Translations under genes and position numbers: made by a program
From: an uncultured Thermococci archaeon
Lineage (GTDB): Archaea > CAYQAE01 > CAYVLA01
DNA: 14,174 nucleotides
Assembly (NCBI GenBank): GCA_964549615.1
Contig: CAZJVP010000015.1
Coordinates: 1 to 14,174 of the forward strand
Direction: 5' to 3'
Notes under the pieces: model-generated
The model's input: the letters and a program-made list of their open reading frames with translations, nothing else
Database searches by the model: none
Told to the model about the DNA's origin: nothing
Part shown: positions 13,061 to 14,174 of the stretch, piece by piece
Layout of the letters: the number at the start of each line of letters is the position of its first letter
Position numbering within the stretch: position 1 is the first letter of the stretch

Positions 13061-14140
13061 CTACTTCCAGTAGCTCTTCACGAGCTCGATGTAGCGGCAG
13101 TAGTTCTTGAACGAGATGTCGCTGGACACGCAGTGGTCGACGCTGGGTATGTATCCGCCGTCCTCAAGCAGGAAAGGCAGCTTCGAGTTAACCTCCTCCT
13201 CCAGCGCCCGGCCGCCCTTGGCGACCGCCCTCTTGTCTATGTTGCCGATCAGGATCAGCCTGTGCCCGTACTGCTTGCGGAGCTTGACCGCATCCTCGTT
13301 GCTTGCGACCTCGAGCGGATAGAGGCAGTTGACACCTGCCTCGAGGAAGCAGGGCGTGATGGCATCGTTGTTCCCGTCGCTATCCACCATGATGACGTCG
13401 ATGCCATTCTCCCTCAAGAACCGGGTGATCTTCTTGTAACCCGGGAGCATGAACTTCCGCCACTGTGCCGGCGATATGTGGGGTCCGCTGTGATAGGCCA
13501 TGTCCTCCCATATCGTTGCGAAGTCTATCCTCGCCTCGGCTACGGCCTTCCTCGCGACCTCGACCTGGAAGTCCGCAAGGAAGTCGAAGAGCTCCTTGAC
13601 GAAGTCGGGGTAGCGGAACATCATCACGACAAGGCCCTTGAGGCCGATCATGTTCCTAGCGTTGCCGAAAATCCCGGGGAAGCCTATGCCCACCGGGCGG
13701 TCGACCTCCTCGTAGTACTGCATGAGCTCCGGCCCCCAGTTCTTCGGGTACCTTCTCATGTCCGTCGGATCGTAGCGGTCCCGGATCTTCTCGAAGTCCT
13801 CCGGCGTTTTGACGCCGAACTCTGTGAACTGCGGCATGCTTGTGCCGGATTTGAGGGACTTGGCCACCCACCTGAGGCCGGCTCCCTTCGTCTCCGTGAT
13901 CACGTACCTTTCGTCCTCGTACAGCGTCCTGGTGACGTAGCTGGGGATAGGACCGAAGTCCAGCGGCACGCCTTCCCGCTTGTCGAAGCCGAAGTAGTCG
14001 TAGTGGTTAACGTCGTGGCCCAGTCCTTCCCCGCGCCACCGGTTGAGAGTCTCTTGCCAGAAGCCGAGCCATTCATAGAAGGGCGGCCGATCTGTCTCCT
14101 CGAAGTGCATGCATGCGTTGAACCTTTCCCGAGCGTTCAT
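13061..14140 (-). CDS. Uroporphyrinogen decarboxylase / MtaA-CmuA methyltransferase superfamily protein
   Basis: Motifs MNARERF...FEETDRPP, WEDMAYHSGPHISPAQWRKFMLPGYKKI, VDSDGN, LEAGVNCLYPLE, LIGNID and GGYIPSVDHCV are typical of the URO-D-like TIM barrel. It is not a canonical HemE because there is no RQAGRY motif. Confidence 0.9.
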   Translation of the reverse strand: MNARERFNACMHFEETDRPPFYEWLGFWQETLNRWRGEGLGHDVNHYDYFGFDKREGVPLDFGPIPSYVTRTLYEDERYVITETKGAGLRWVAKSLKSGTSMPQFTEFGVKTPEDFEKIRDRYDPTDMRRYPKNWGPELMQYYEEVDRPVGIGFPGIFGNARNMIGLKGLVVMMFRYPDFVKELFDFLADFQVEVARKAVAEARIDFATIWEDMAYHSGPHISPAQWRKFMLPGYKKITRFLRENGIDVIMVDSDGNNDAITPCFLEAGVNCLYPLEVASNEDAVKLRKQYGHRLILIGNIDKRAVAKGGRALEEEVNSKLPFLLEDGGYIPSVDHCVSSDISFKNYCRYIELVKSYWK

Positions 14141-14174
14141 GATAACACGCAGGGCCGTGCTGTATCCAGCTCAG

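Noticed and set aside
12951-13061. N-terminal 37 codons of the 127-aa ORF, or a read-through from the URO-D gene
   Set aside because: This stretch contains the BRE/TATA promoter and translates to low-complexity sequence. No Mre11 nuclease motifs were seen in it.
1-14174. CRISPR arrays, tRNA/rRNA genes, transposases, integrases
   Set aside because: No regularly spaced repeats, cloverleaf or T-loop motifs, or DDE/tyrosine recombinase motifs were seen on manual reading.

Overview
GC-rich window that looks archaeal: it has BRE/TATA-type promoters, an AGGTGAT Shine-Dalgarno, several TTG starts, an archaeal-type PIN protein and an IPE-type C-terminal anchor. The lineage cannot be fixed from this window; Thermoproteota/Bathyarchaeia-like is a guess. 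Left to right: the 3' part of a PIN/VapC gene; a minus-strand conserved hypothetical gene; about 750 bp with no convincing gene; two tandem paralogous membrane-anchored proteins with a strongly conserved TM/cytoplasmic tail; an Old Yellow Enzyme-family flavin oxidoreductase; a secreted multidomain metallophosphoesterase (FN3-like + phosphatase + 2 CARDB + starch-binding-like module + helical stalk + IPE anchor); a conserved archaeal hypothetical; and a cytoplasmic BNR/sialidase-fold protein. On the minus strand follow a short Rad50-like ATPase coupled to a 90-aa helical ORF, and a URO-D/MtaA-family protein. The best candidates for undescribed systems are: (1) a two-gene operon pairing a Rad50-like ATPase with a small protein resembling only the Rad50-binding helix-loop-helix of Mre11, with no nuclease; (2) a surface phosphatase with a putative glucan-binding module; (3) the paralog pair with variable ectodomains and a conserved tail. 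All family calls come from reading motifs by eye; no searches were run. No tRNA, rRNA, CRISPR array or transposase was seen.
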